This document shows, in pieces, positions 44,341 through 57,260 of a stretch of 64,000 bases of DNA. The stretch comes from the human T2T-CHM13v2.0 reference genome, Homo sapiens. Numbering within the stretch: the first letter of the stretch is position 1; every line of letters begins with the position of its first letter. The notes under the pieces were generated by a model. The model was not told the origin of the DNA. It was given only the letters and a program-made list of their open reading frames with translations, and did not search any database. The stretch lies in the NCBI RefSeq assembly GCF_009914755.1, contig NC_060944.1; one strand, 5' to 3'. The position numbers and the translations under genes are program-made.

Positions 44341-46466
44341 AGGGCTGGAACCATGTGACCCAAGGCAGGTGGCAGCCCTTCCCACACAGGAACTCTGGTG
44401 GCACGCCCACAACCTCCAAGGCACTGAGGAGATGCCATCCCCAAGCCCAGCCTTCGGGCCCAGGCAGAGCTGCGTCTGGCCCACAGAGCACCCGAAAGTG
44501 GAAGAGGGTGGCCCTATCACCTGTCCAGAATCACAGCCTCCAAGACGCCCAGTCCGTGCTTTCCCAACTCTCAGAGCTCTGCGTCTAATCGATGGTGGGG
44601 CGAAGGGAGAGCCACGGCGGCCCTGAGTGCAAGCACCATCCTGAAACCAGGAGCCCATGAGGCCGCGGGAGCCGGAGGACCAGGACCGCCCTCGCACTGC
44701 CCTGTGACGAGCTCCCGGCCCAGCTCTCTGCCGCTCTGGATCCGTCACTAAGCAGCTCCATTAAGTGCCCGGTCAGGCAGGAGCGGCAGGGAAACACTGG
44801 GGCACCCACATCTGAACAGAGAAGATGCCCACCTTGAGAAGGTACTCTGGAGAAGGGAGCCACGAGCGACGTTTATGCTGAGAAGCGGCATCCGTGCACC
44901 TCACCTCCGCCCGTCCACGCCGACCTGCAGCACTCCCCAAGCAACTCCGCCAGCAAGCTGCCAGATCCACAAGGTCTCACCTGAGCTACTGCCGAGTGAA
45001 CGTTTGTTGACCAACCAACCAAACTCATCCCCCTGGCCCACCAAGGCCAAGCACGGTCTGAGGCCTGCTGGCTGTCCACCCGTATCCCACCCTGCCCCCA
45101 GGCACAAGCCGAACCACCCAGCACTCTGTGCAGACAGACACAGACAATGACCAAGTCTTCTCGGCTGAAACTAGGGAGAGGCCTGCATCACTTCTGAGCA
45201 AGGGCCTTAAGACCAGGAGTGCCTCTTGGCCACTTGAAGCCCTTGCAGCCGCAGGACTGCAGGGACTGACGGAGATGAGCCTCCCCAGGCAGATGAGGTG
45301 GCCCAGACCTAGCAGACAGCCACCAGCTGGGGGGAGCCCAAGCACTGGAGGGCCCACAGGACCCAGTAGGATCGTCGGGTGAGGCCACGCGCCACACAGA
45401 CCCACCCCAGTGCAACAGCCCCTCACCATGCACTCAGGATATTCCCTTCTGTGGATTTTCTCTTTGAAAGCCCCTGTGCTTTAGTGGTTTTAAGTTGTAA
45501 GTTTGCTCCAAGCTGAACCATTTCCAGTCTCTCTCAGCAGCACAAGCATGAAGGAGGCGGCCTGAAGGAGTGACAGGTGCCCTGTGGCATGCAGCCTCCA
45601 TTAAGGGGCCACGGGGTTTTGGAGAAGCTGGTCACCTCTGTGAGCCTCAGCGTCTCTGTGGAAGGGGACTCTCTTCCAGGACTTTCTGGCTCTAGAGATC
45701 TACAGATCTGTGAATTTGTGCACGCCAACATGCGGCAGGAAGGCGAGGACTGCACACACAAGAGCAAAGCGGCCTCCATCACAGCCATGCTACCTCTGCC
45801 ATCGCTGCGCTGGAGGCCAGGAGAGACGCCAACCTTGCAACAAATGCTACTCCACCACATAAGGCTCTCAGCAACGGCCACGCCATGTCCTTCCACCCCA
45901 AGAGCTGACAGCTCTTTGCTCTGGGCCACCCTTCCTGCAACCTCCTCCACCAGGCTCCTGCACCCAGGTGTCCACCCTCACCACCCCACTCCCAGCACTG
46001 CTGGCCAGATGCACCCTATGAATGCTGGCCTCTCCCGGCACTCCTCTCTGGCTCCCAAGCTGGCCCAGCCTTGGAGGTGCCGGCACCTGCAGGGCAGCCT
46101 CCTACGGCTCTTCTAGTCTACTCTACAGGCTCATAACACCGTCATGGCCATCAGAGCCAGCAACACCACGACTCCCAGACCCTGGCCTGTGCCAGCTGCT
46201 CCCCTGAGCTCCTGCCTCCCACCAGCCACCGACATTCCCTCTCACCCCGCCTGCCCACCTCAATCTCATTCCACAAGAGCCTTTGTCTTCACCCCTCCCT
46301 CCAGCCCATCCACACCTCCCTAAGCCCCACCATCTGCCCCAGGCCCCTGCCACAACCACCCCCACATTCCACAGCTCAGACGCAAAAGTGACCTCAACAT
46401 ACAACTTTAAATTATGCCCTATCCAGCTTCAAACCCTCAATGGCTTCCAGCCACTGAGGCACTTGG

Positions 46467-46973
46467 AATCAATTCACACTGCCTGCGGGCAGTCCTGCAA
46501 TACAATCGATTCACGCTGCCTGCGGGCAGTCCTGCAAGACAATAGACTCACGCTGCCTGCGGGCAGTCCTGCAAGACAATAGATTCACGCTGCCTGCGGG
46601 CAGTCCTGCAAGACGATCGATTCACGCTGCCTGCGGGCGGTCCTGCAAGACGATCGATTCATGCTGCCTGCGGGCAGTCCTGCAATACGATCGATTCACA
46701 CTGCCTGCGGGCAGTCCTGCAAGACAATCAATTCACACTGTGCAGTCCTGTGATATAATCAATTCACACTGTGTGCAGGCAGCCCTGCAATACAATCAAC
46801 TCACACTGCCTGGGGGCAGCCCTGCAATAAAATCAATTCACACTGCCTGGAGGCAGCCCTGCAATATAACCAATTCACACTACTTGGGGGCAGCCCTGTG
46901 ATACAATCAATTCACACTGTGTACAGGCAGCCCTACAATATCAATTCACACTATCAGAGGGCAGCCCTACAAT
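46467..46973. repeat. Minisatellite, ~14 copies of a 37-bp unit
   Basis: Unit AATCGATTCACGCTGCCTGCGGGCAGTCCTGCAAGAC at 46467, 46504, 46541...; diverges rightward. Confidence 0.93.
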
Positions 46974-47290
46974 CTACACGGGGGACCCCTGCATCTACTC
47001 TTTCCTTGGCCTGGATACAGGTCCCAGCTGCATGTGGCTGACCCCTTTCTCATCCCTCAGCCTCCTGGGAAAGCCTTCCCTGACTACCCTGCCCAGCAGT
47101 CCCCTCTCACCCAAGGGTGCTAATCACAATCAGACATTCCTGCTGATCTGTTTGCCTGTTAACTGCCTGGCCCCCACAACGGACACACCATGAAAGCAGG
47201 GGCTGTCAGCCTGGGACCCCCCACAGCTGAACCCTGGTACCCTCATCAGCCTTCCCCCGTGGCCCAGTACACACCCTCGGAATGTGCTCA

Positions 47291-47671
<381 letters not shown>

Positions 47672-48943
47672 TCAAAGAAATGCAACTTAAAACTAGACAC
47701 GATTTTCTTCCTTTAGAATGGTATCCATTCCCAAAAGTCGTATTCTGGCAATGGTTTTAAAAGTGTAATCTGGTGGAAGGTGATATGTATCAAAGCCTTG
47801 AAAATGCTCAACCCACCAGACACACACACAGTTAGACATGAAGGCATTCACCTACAGGGGGCCACTTGTCGCCATCAGCACAGCACCCTGGCACAGGGGC
47901 CGTTACCAAATGCTGGAGCCTGAGACCACCGAGGGCCAAGGGAAAGTGCACCAGACACAGGACAAGGCAAAGCACAGACTTGGGTCACAGGAGAACTGTA
48001 ATTACAGAAAAACACAGAAGCAGATATGCAGCAGACACAGGCTGAAGTGAGACACCCCGAAATTTTAGCAGTCTGGGCCAGGTGACGTTACAAGTGACTG
48101 TATTTTCTTCTTTACAGTTTACTTCCCAAACTTCCTATAATGAAAAAAAAACTAATTTTATCATCAAAAAAATCATGTTGAAGTAACTAATAATTTTTTA
48201 CACTTACAGTTACATAAAAAAGCCAATCGAGCCTGCTTCCCGTGTCACCCTTGTTCCTGTCATGATGCTTCTGACACTGACATTCGTAACCTTCTGCAAA
48301 GCTCCAAAGCAAGGCAGGCCTGTGCGTTCTGGGCATGCTCTGAGCACCGTGCGTGGCTCCTATGAACACCACGGAGACCACGCTCCTCCGCAGAAGACAC
48401 AGAACTTCCTTTAAAAACTTTCACAGGTCATTGTCCCACACACTTTACTGCAAAGTCAGAAAATGAAAGGCTGTGTCCCCCGACCCCATGGAACAAGGTG
48501 CCCACCTTGCCACCGGCAGCACCTCTGCCCACAGTGTCTGCAGCCCCCAGTGGACCAGCTGACCCACAAAGCCTCTGCCCCAGGTGTGCTTGGGCCACAC
48601 CCAGCGCCCAGAGAAGGGTTCAGCTCCCTGGCTCCTAGTGTCCTGCCTTGTCCACGCACTGTCCACTCAGACCTCTGACCCCAACCCCGAAACAATTCCC
48701 TTGGGAGCCACAGACCTTCTTACTGCAGGGCCCTCATTCTAAAACCTAATGTCAAATTTGATAGACAGAAAAAACTGTTTCTGGGGTTTCCTGACTATTC
48801 GGAAATGGTCCCTCCAAGATCCATGTACCCCAACACCACCCTACCTGGCTACGCTCCTCTCACAACTTTGAGATCAAGATGCCACGTGTGCCTTCCTCAC
48901 ATCGGCGCTTTCCAGTGATGCCCAGTGGGGGACACAAAGGGCC

Positions 48944-51810
48944 CAGCAAGACCTCAGGAAGGACGGACACAGGTCTACACACCAGGCCACAGACAATGGG
49001 GCTCGGGGGGCCAACCTCAGCAAGACCTCAGGAAGGACGGACACAGGCCTACACACCAGGCCACAGACAATGGGGCTCGGGGGCCAACCTCAGCAAGACC
49101 TCAGGAAGGACGGACACAGGTCTACACACCAGGCCACAGACAATGGGGCTCGGGGGGCCAACCTCAGCAAGACCTCAGGAAGGACGGACACAGGCCTACA
49201 CACCAGGCCACAGACAATGGGGCTCGGGGGGCCAACCTCAGCAAGACCTCAGGAAGGACGGACACAGGTCTACACACCAGGCCACAGACAATGGGGCTCG
49301 GGGGCCAACCTCAGCAAGACCTCAGGAAGGACGGACACAGGTCTACACACCAGGCCACAGACAATGGGGCTCGGGGGGCCAACCTCAGCAAGACCTCAGG
49401 AAGGACGGACACAGGCCTACACACCAGGCCACAGACAATGGGGCTCGGGGGCCAACCTCAGCAAGACCTCAGGAAGGACGGACACAGGTCTACACACCAG
49501 GCCACAGACAATGGGGCTCGGGGGCCAACCTCAGCAAGACCTCAGGAAGGACGGACACAGGCCTACACACCAGGCCACAGACAATGGGGCTCGGGGGGCC
49601 AACCTCAGCAAGACCTCAGGAAGGACGGACACAGGCCTACACACCAGGCCACAGACAATGGGGCTCGGGGGCCAACCTCAGCAAGACCTCAGGAAGGACG
49701 GACACAGGTCTACACACCAGGCCACAGACAATGGGGCTCGGGGGGCCAACCTCAGCAAGACCTCAGGAAGGACGGACACAGGTCTACACACCAGGCCACA
49801 GACAATGGGGCTCGGGGGGCCAACCTCAGCAAGACCTCAGGAAGGACGGACACAGGTCTACACACCAGGCCACAGACAATGGGGCTCGGGGGCCAACCTC
49901 AGCAAGACCTCAGGAAGGACGGACACAGGTCTACACACCAGGCCACAGACAATGGGGCTCGGGGGCCAACCTCAGCAAGACCTCAGGAAGGACGGACACA
50001 GGCCTACACACCAGGCCACAGACAATGGGGCTCGGGGGGCCAACCTCAGCAAGACCTCAGGAAGGACGGACACAGGCCTACACACCAGGCCACAGACAAT
50101 GGGGCTCGGGGGGCCAACCTCAGCAAGACCTCAGGAAGGACGGACACAGGCCTACACACCAGGCCACAGACAATGGGGCTCGGGGGCCAACCTCAGCAAG
50201 ACCTCAGGAAGGACGGACACAGGTCTACACACCAGGCCACAGACAATGGGGCTCGGGGGCCAACCTCAGCAAGACCTCAGGAAGGACGGACACAGGTCTA
50301 CACACCAGGCCACAGACAATGGGGCTCGGGGGCCAACCTCAGCAAGACCTCAGGAAGGACGGACACAGGTCTACACACCAGGCCACAGACAATGGGGCTC
50401 GGGGGCCAACCTCAGCAAGACCTCAGGAAGGACGGACACAGGTCTACACACCAGGCCACAGACAATGGGGCTCGGGGGGCCAACCTCAGCAAGACCTCAG
50501 GAAGGACGGACACAGGCCTACACACCAGGCCACAGACAATGGGGCTCGGGGGGCCAACCTCAGCAAGACCTCAGGAAGGACGGACACAGGTCTACACACC
50601 AGGCCACAGACAGTGGGGCTCGGGGGGCCAACCTCAGCAAGACCTCAGGAAGGACGGACACAGGTCTACACACCAGGCCACAGACAATGGGGCTCGGGGG
50701 CCAACCTCAGCAAGACCTCAGGAAGGACGGACACAGGTCTACACACCAGGCCACAGACAATGGGGCTCGGGGGGCCAACCTCAGCAAGACCTCAGGAAGG
50801 ACGGACACAGGCCTACACACCAGGCCACAGACAATGGGGCTCGGGGGGCCAACCTCAGCAAGACCTCAGGAAGGACGGACACAGGTCTACACACCAGGCC
50901 ACAGACAATGGGGCTCGGGGGCCAACCTCAGCAAGACCTCAGGAAGGACGGACACAGGTCTACACACCAGGCCACAGACAATGGGGCTCGGGGGGCCAAC
51001 CTCAGCAAGACCTCAGGAAGGACGGACACAGGCCTACACACCAGGCCACAGACAATGGGGCTCGGGGGGCCAACCTCAGCAAGACCTCAGGAAGGACGGA
51101 CACAGGTCTACACACCAGGCCACAGACAATGGGGCTCGGGGGCCAACCTCAGCAAGACCTCAGGAAGGACGGACACAGGCCTACACACCAGGCCACAGAC
51201 AATGGGGCTCGGGGGGCCAACCTCAGCAAGACCTCAGGAAGGACGGACACAGGCCTACACACCAGGCCACAGACAATGGGGCTCGGGGGCCAACCTCAGC
51301 AAGACCTCAGGAAGGACGGACACAGGTCTACACACCAGGCCACAGACAATGGGGCTCGGGGGCCAACCTCAGCAAGACCTCAGGAAGGACGGACACAGGT
51401 CTACACACCAGGCCACAGACAATGGGGCTCGGGGGCCAACCTCAGCAAGACCTCAGGAAGGACGGACACAGGTCTACACACCAGGCCACAGACAATGGGG
51501 CTCGGGGGGCCAACCTCAGCAAGACCTCAGGAAGGACGGACACAGGTCTACACACCAGGCCACAGACAATGGGGCTCGGGGGGCCAACCTCAGCAAGACC
51601 TCAGGAAGGACGGACACAGGTCTACACACCAGGCCACAGACAATGGGGCTCGGGGGCCAACCTCAGCAAGACCTCAGGAAGGACGGACACAGGTCTACAC
51701 ACCAGGCCACAGACAATGGGGCTCGGGGGCCAACCTCAGCAAGACCTCAGGAAGGACGGACACAGGTCTACACACCAGGCCACAGACAATGGGGCTCGGG
51801 GGGCCAACCT
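48944..51810. repeat. VNTR minisatellite, 39 copies of a 73/74-bp unit
   Basis: Unit CAGCAAGACCTCAGGAAGGACGGACACAGG(T/C)CTACACACCAGGCCACAGACAATGGGGCTC(G5/G6)CCAACCT; counted 20x74 + 19x73 = 2867 bp. Confidence 0.98.
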
Positions 51811-54800
51811 CTCCAGTCCCCAAACACAGTCCCCAACAGACAACTTCTCCTGTCCCCACATGCGGCTCCCAACAAACAATTTCTCCTGCCCTCACACGCG
51901 GTTCCCAACGACAACTTCTGCTCCACAACATGACACCCACGGTGGGAGAAGCTGGGGGCACTTCACTACATCATCCTGCACACTGCAGCATGGCCTGCTC
52001 CAGGCAGAAGGCAGGCCTGGAGAAGAGCCTGGGACCACCGCGGACTGACCAACAGCGGACACCAGGTACTTTCTCAAATGGGAGAGGGGCCTCATGGTGG
52101 ACAACATGTATCTCTTTGTTTTTCGAAAGCTGTACATCTTTGGTGCAAATGTTCATTTGAGATATGTAAAAATCAAAAGTTTTCACTCAAAACTTTCATG
52201 GTCCAACCATGGAAATATTAAGCACCCCATTTTCGAACATAACTTGACAGCACTTATTCTACTTCATTATTCCACGCAAGAATTGGAAAGAACAGCTGTG
52301 TACGTGTTTGCAGCTGACACCACAATGCCATAGCAACCGCAGGCCCACCTGGAAGCAGAAGCGTCCAGGAAGCCCAGGTGCACAGCACTCGGCACAGAAG
52401 GGCCTGCAGCCAAAAGCCCCCTTTATTTAACTGCTTTATTGCTATCAAAGGCCTGATTAAGTAAACGCCCCCATCACGCTGCCTGAGCCGGGCACCACAG
52501 GTGAACACCCTAAACAGCAACTGTTTCCTGGATGATCGAGGGCTTGGAGGTTCCTACTGAGCACCATGAAGAAGAAAAGCAAAGCACTTCGGGAACCCTG
52601 CAAATTACCCCAAATCTCAGGCAAGCTTCTCCAGAGCCCTGTTACACCTCTGCTTCAAGATCCTCAAACACAGCTGCTAATTATGCTTTGATCAACTCAC
52701 TTACAACCAACAATTTATAAAAGCTTTCTTCAAATTTATCCCTTAAGTGGAAGAAAACTCACATTATACAGTAGAAAAGGCTTTGGAGGTAGAACAGGAA
52801 CTGTCTCCATTCCACTCTGATTTCGGGATGCGGACACGCCCACCAGTCTGTTCTGCTGAGCCCGGTCTGTGCTGCTCTGACCAGACGCCGCCTCCCGGCC
52901 TCCCTGTGCTGATGTCTAAGGGGCAACTTCCACAGCACACCGGGGAGCCCGGGGGCAGTCCTGGAAGCCAGGGTGGCTCTGCTCTCTGCCCTGGGAGAAG
53001 GCCAACTTCCCAGGCGCCCGGGGCCTGCCTCAGGTCCATTTGCCACAGAAGCAAGCGGGACACCCTCTCCTACAAAGCTTCTCACAGGCCCTAAGAACCA
53101 GGGCAACCGTAACGAACTTCAAACGTCATCCTCTGTTCAAACTCATAGACCTCTGCTGTGAATGCAGTGCTCGGGCACAGTAAGCAGTGAGGAGAGAGGC
53201 TCCTAAGAGCGTCACAGGACCCCGACTCCTGGCTGCCACTAAGCCATGAGGGTCACCAGCTCTGAGACACCAAAGGCAGGTGAGGTCCATCCCAACCTGT
53301 CACCAAGATGACTCTGTTCATCCCGAAGGCGATGGTGACGACCCCAGCCGCGGGGCAGGGGGCAGGGAGGAAGGGAAGACCCAGAGCGGCGCCCTTGCCC
53401 TATGCTAGGCAGAGCTGTCCAGGGCTGTCTTTACACAGCTCCCCAAAAGTTCTTTTTCTTTGTTCTTTTCAAATGTCACTCCTACCTGAGTATGTCAAAA
53501 GAAACACCAGATTAAGGCCTCTAGCCTAAAGTGAGCCCTCCACCCAGGTCCAGGCCTCCAAAGGCCACTGCAACCCTCCCCTATGTTGGCAACCACCGCC
53601 CCAGGGTGACCCACCTCAGACCTCGGTAACTTCCCCATTGACAGAACCAGTCAGCTGCCACACCAAACACCTCAGTCACTGAGAAAACATCCAGTCTGGA
53701 TTAATGTGTGAAAATCAGTGAAAAATGAGGGGAACTGGGAGAGTTTGGAATAGTGAGCGCCACCTGACAGCTATGTTATCTGGCCCAACCTGACAGAATT
53801 CACATTCTTCACCAAAAGGGCAACCCCACTTTACAGCTGGGTAAGCCAAGGCTCCGAGGAACAACATATTCCTCCCAGGTCAAACGGCAACAGGGCCCTC
53901 AAGTCACAAAATCTAAACTTTTAGGAATGTCCCTTGTGCCAGAGCACTGGCTGCCACCACTGGCCACCAGAACTCACAGCTCCTGCAACCTCAGGGGTGG
54001 CCGTCTGCATGCCGCCACCCAGCATGGGCCTGGACTCGCCAAATCCAACCCGTCCCAACAGCGCGATTAAGGGCTAGTGGACATTTTCCCCCTTTCCCCA
54101 CAGATGGGAACCAATGCTCCAGACAGCACCCACAGACACACATTCACCTGGGAGTACTCATCCTAAAACATGCAGCAAGCACACGCCCCCTAGGCCAAGG
54201 GATCAAGGCCCATGGTGAGAAAGTGCTTTTCTGTCCTGGAATGGGAATCTACACTTGGGCCAAATCTTAGAGCAAAAGGAGAGTAAATTCTGCATGAAAG
54301 CACAATAGACCAAGATACACTGAAGAAAATGTGAATTTGCCAGGCCAAAAGATAACCTTTAGAAATGAGCTTCTTTACCTTACACCGATCTGAAAAGATC
54401 TCTCAACAATTTACCAACATGCTAATGTGGGTGTCAAATCACCTTTTTCTTCTTTCAGCTGTAATCACAACCTGACTATGACGTTATGACTATCCTAAGC
54501 TGTACATAACTAGTGCTTTTCCGTGATCTTGGGACAACTGTGTCATCTGCAACAATCTCACTAAAGACTGAGTTTTCTCATTTTTCCTCAGTGAATAAAA
54601 TCTAAACTCTGGCACCTCAAACCAGCAAATTACAATTACATTAACATAACTGTCTTTACAACACTGTCCTGACAAAGAATATCATGACAGCTACCTAAAC
54701 CAAATTCAACATACCCGGTGTGCACTATGGGGCTGAAACACTCGGGCCTAAGGCTTAGCCTTAAAGACTTCAGGGTGAAACCTCTGTCCCCTCCCTTCTC

Positions 54801-57260
54801 CCACCCAAGACCTCCACGGAGGGAAGGCTGGGAAGGGCAGGCCCTTTCACACCCCATCCAATTGCCACCCGTCTGCTACTCCACTTGACACCCACATGCA
54901 GCTTTGAGAACCCTGCCCACCCCTAATACTCCCGGCTCCTCCTCAGTTTGCAAGACTGAGTTGTAATGAGAATGAGTTATTAACCAAGCAAGAGTTATTT
55001 TTATAAGTTACTTCCATCTTTGTTCTAAACATTTTTATTACGAAATATTTCAATGAAAACGGAACCAACTAGAATAATTTAATATTCTCTGATCAATCGA
55101 TTACAGGAAGTAACCAGAGTATTTGCAATTTGCCATTCTGATTTACAGAATTAAGTTGTACTGTTCAAAAGAAGGTACTCTGGTTTGGGATACTGGTAGT
55201 TTTATTGATACTTTTTTTTTTTGCTTTGGTTATTATTGAAACAAATAACATAATCAAAATTCCTCATCAGTAGATCAACTGCAGGAGGCCATGAAGAGAT
55301 GGGGTAAATCTCTCACTTTTTTAGATAGTAGCATTCGGCTCCTTGAAAGCACCGCTCTCAGCACTGCCACCCAAACGTCTGTGTGAGCTGTTCCTCTGTC
55401 CTCACACACAGGAATCACGCACAGTCAACACTCCTACAGTTGTTTTTCAAGTTGTCTCTTCATCAAACACACCCGACCCTAAAACTGATCTTAAAACAGA
55501 AGATGGAAGTGAGTCCCAGGATCACTCATGATAAACACAGCAGAGATGCCCTCTTCCAACCACGTATTCCTTCACCTCCTCCCAGAAGAAAGAGACAGAT
55601 GAGGCTTTACCTCTGCAGTGGCTCAGAGCAAGAGGACCTGGCCAGCCCCACAAGACAGAGTCCAATACCTACCCAAAGGGGTGCAACAGGCACCTGGCCT
55701 GCGCTGAGACACGTGGGACCTCTGGAAAAACATTTTTATAAATAAAGCATTGTGACAGTTTACATAATAGATCACAGCCATCAAACATCTTTTTACAACG
55801 TTACTAAAGATCAGCCACGTTTCCTACTAAAAGGTCAACATACACATAACAGCAAAACCAAGCCTCTGGCAAAACACCCCTACAAACGCTTCAGTACCCC
55901 AAAAGCTTGTCGTAAAGGGCGTCTCAGCAACCCCGGGAAGTAGCTTCACAGCTCTCTTCCTCCCTGGAGCACTGCAGCCTAGCAGCCGCCCAGACAGGCT
56001 TTCCCCACCCCTGCCCTGTCCAGAGTCTGACCACCAGCCCCGAACCTCACATACTTGGACAAGAAATCCTTTCACTTCTGAAGATTCTGCAACCCTGTCA
56101 AAGTGACCAATAGCTCCATTCAGAGAGGGGACGCAGGAGGGACCCACGCTCTCCTTGCAGTTCCTACTACTGCTGCCACCGCGCTGCTACAACTGCACGG
56201 CACGCGTCACCACAGGCCGGGGAGGAGCTCCCCTGCCCAGCACCCACCACGGCGGCTGGGGAGGGACGGGGAGCCCCAGACAAAAGCAGCAATGCTGGCC
56301 AGGCAATCTTTCCTGTCAAACTTGAGGGGCCCTGAGGAGTCGCAGAGACAGCAGACTAGACAGGAGCGTGAGAACTGCCAGGCGGAAGTGGCGTCGGAGC
56401 CCCAGGCATCCGCAGCATAGCCAGTATCGCCCCGAGACCCCTGCACGGAGCGAGAACATCTGCTGCCACCGCCCTCCCACTGCCCTCCCGAGGGGGCAGC
56501 AACCAGAGTAGCTAGGCGCTCCTTCCTTTAGGCACCAACGCAGCTCTGGAAGAGACAGTGACACACACGGTGCTGAAACCCTACTCCACAGCGTGGCTCT
56601 CAGCAAGGCTGCGCGCCGGGAGGACTCTCGCAGGATGCGCCTGACATCTCTCCCTGCCTGGTGGCAGCAGAGGAGCCCAAGCCTTCCATCCAGAGTTCCC
56701 GAGCCTCAAGGAGGGGGCGTCGCGCCCCCGTCCTCGCCTGGAGACTGAAGAGGCTCGAGCCCAGGGTCACCAAGGGGCAGAAAGGCTAAGTGGGGACACA
56801 GGCCACACGCCTAACTGCAGAACTGAGCAGGGGACAGCTGCTGCCACTCACAGCCCCAGGTACTGCCCTCAGCTCTGCAGACCCCATCGCCTGGCCCAGG
56901 GAGCCCCTGCGCTGAGCCTACCAACCCGGGCAGGGACGCATAGGGCGGGAGCAGGTAAGGACCACTCCACTAAGAGTCCTGGCTGAGCCACTCCGAAACA
57001 GACCAGCCCCAGGCACAGGCAGCCAGCGCGGACGTCAGGGACAGCGACAGGGACGCAGGCTATGCCGACTCCCTCTGGCTCACTCGCAGACAGCCACCCG
57101 GGCTGGCCCCGCACCTGGGTAGAGACTGCCCCTCGGCCTGCTCCAGCCACGGGCCTACGGGACAGATGACCTTAGCATTCCACCAGCGGAGAACTTCCTG
57201 GAACTGGCAGCTGGCGCTGCTGGGAGCCGCCCTTCCCTCCCGCCCCGTGCGGCCACTCAC

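Noticed and set aside
46467-46973. 37-bp hairpin-containing repeats resembling a CRISPR array
   Set aside because: Units are contiguous with no unique spacers, there are no cas genes, and the context is a human intron
48879-52160. Calling the ~1000-aa VNTR ORFs genes
   Set aside because: They arise from tandem repetition of a T-poor unit with no expression evidence; kept only as a hypothesis under findings
56480-56720. Several CTCF-like motifs at the CpG island shore
   Set aside because: Only partial matches in GC-rich DNA; cannot be supported without PWM scoring or ChIP
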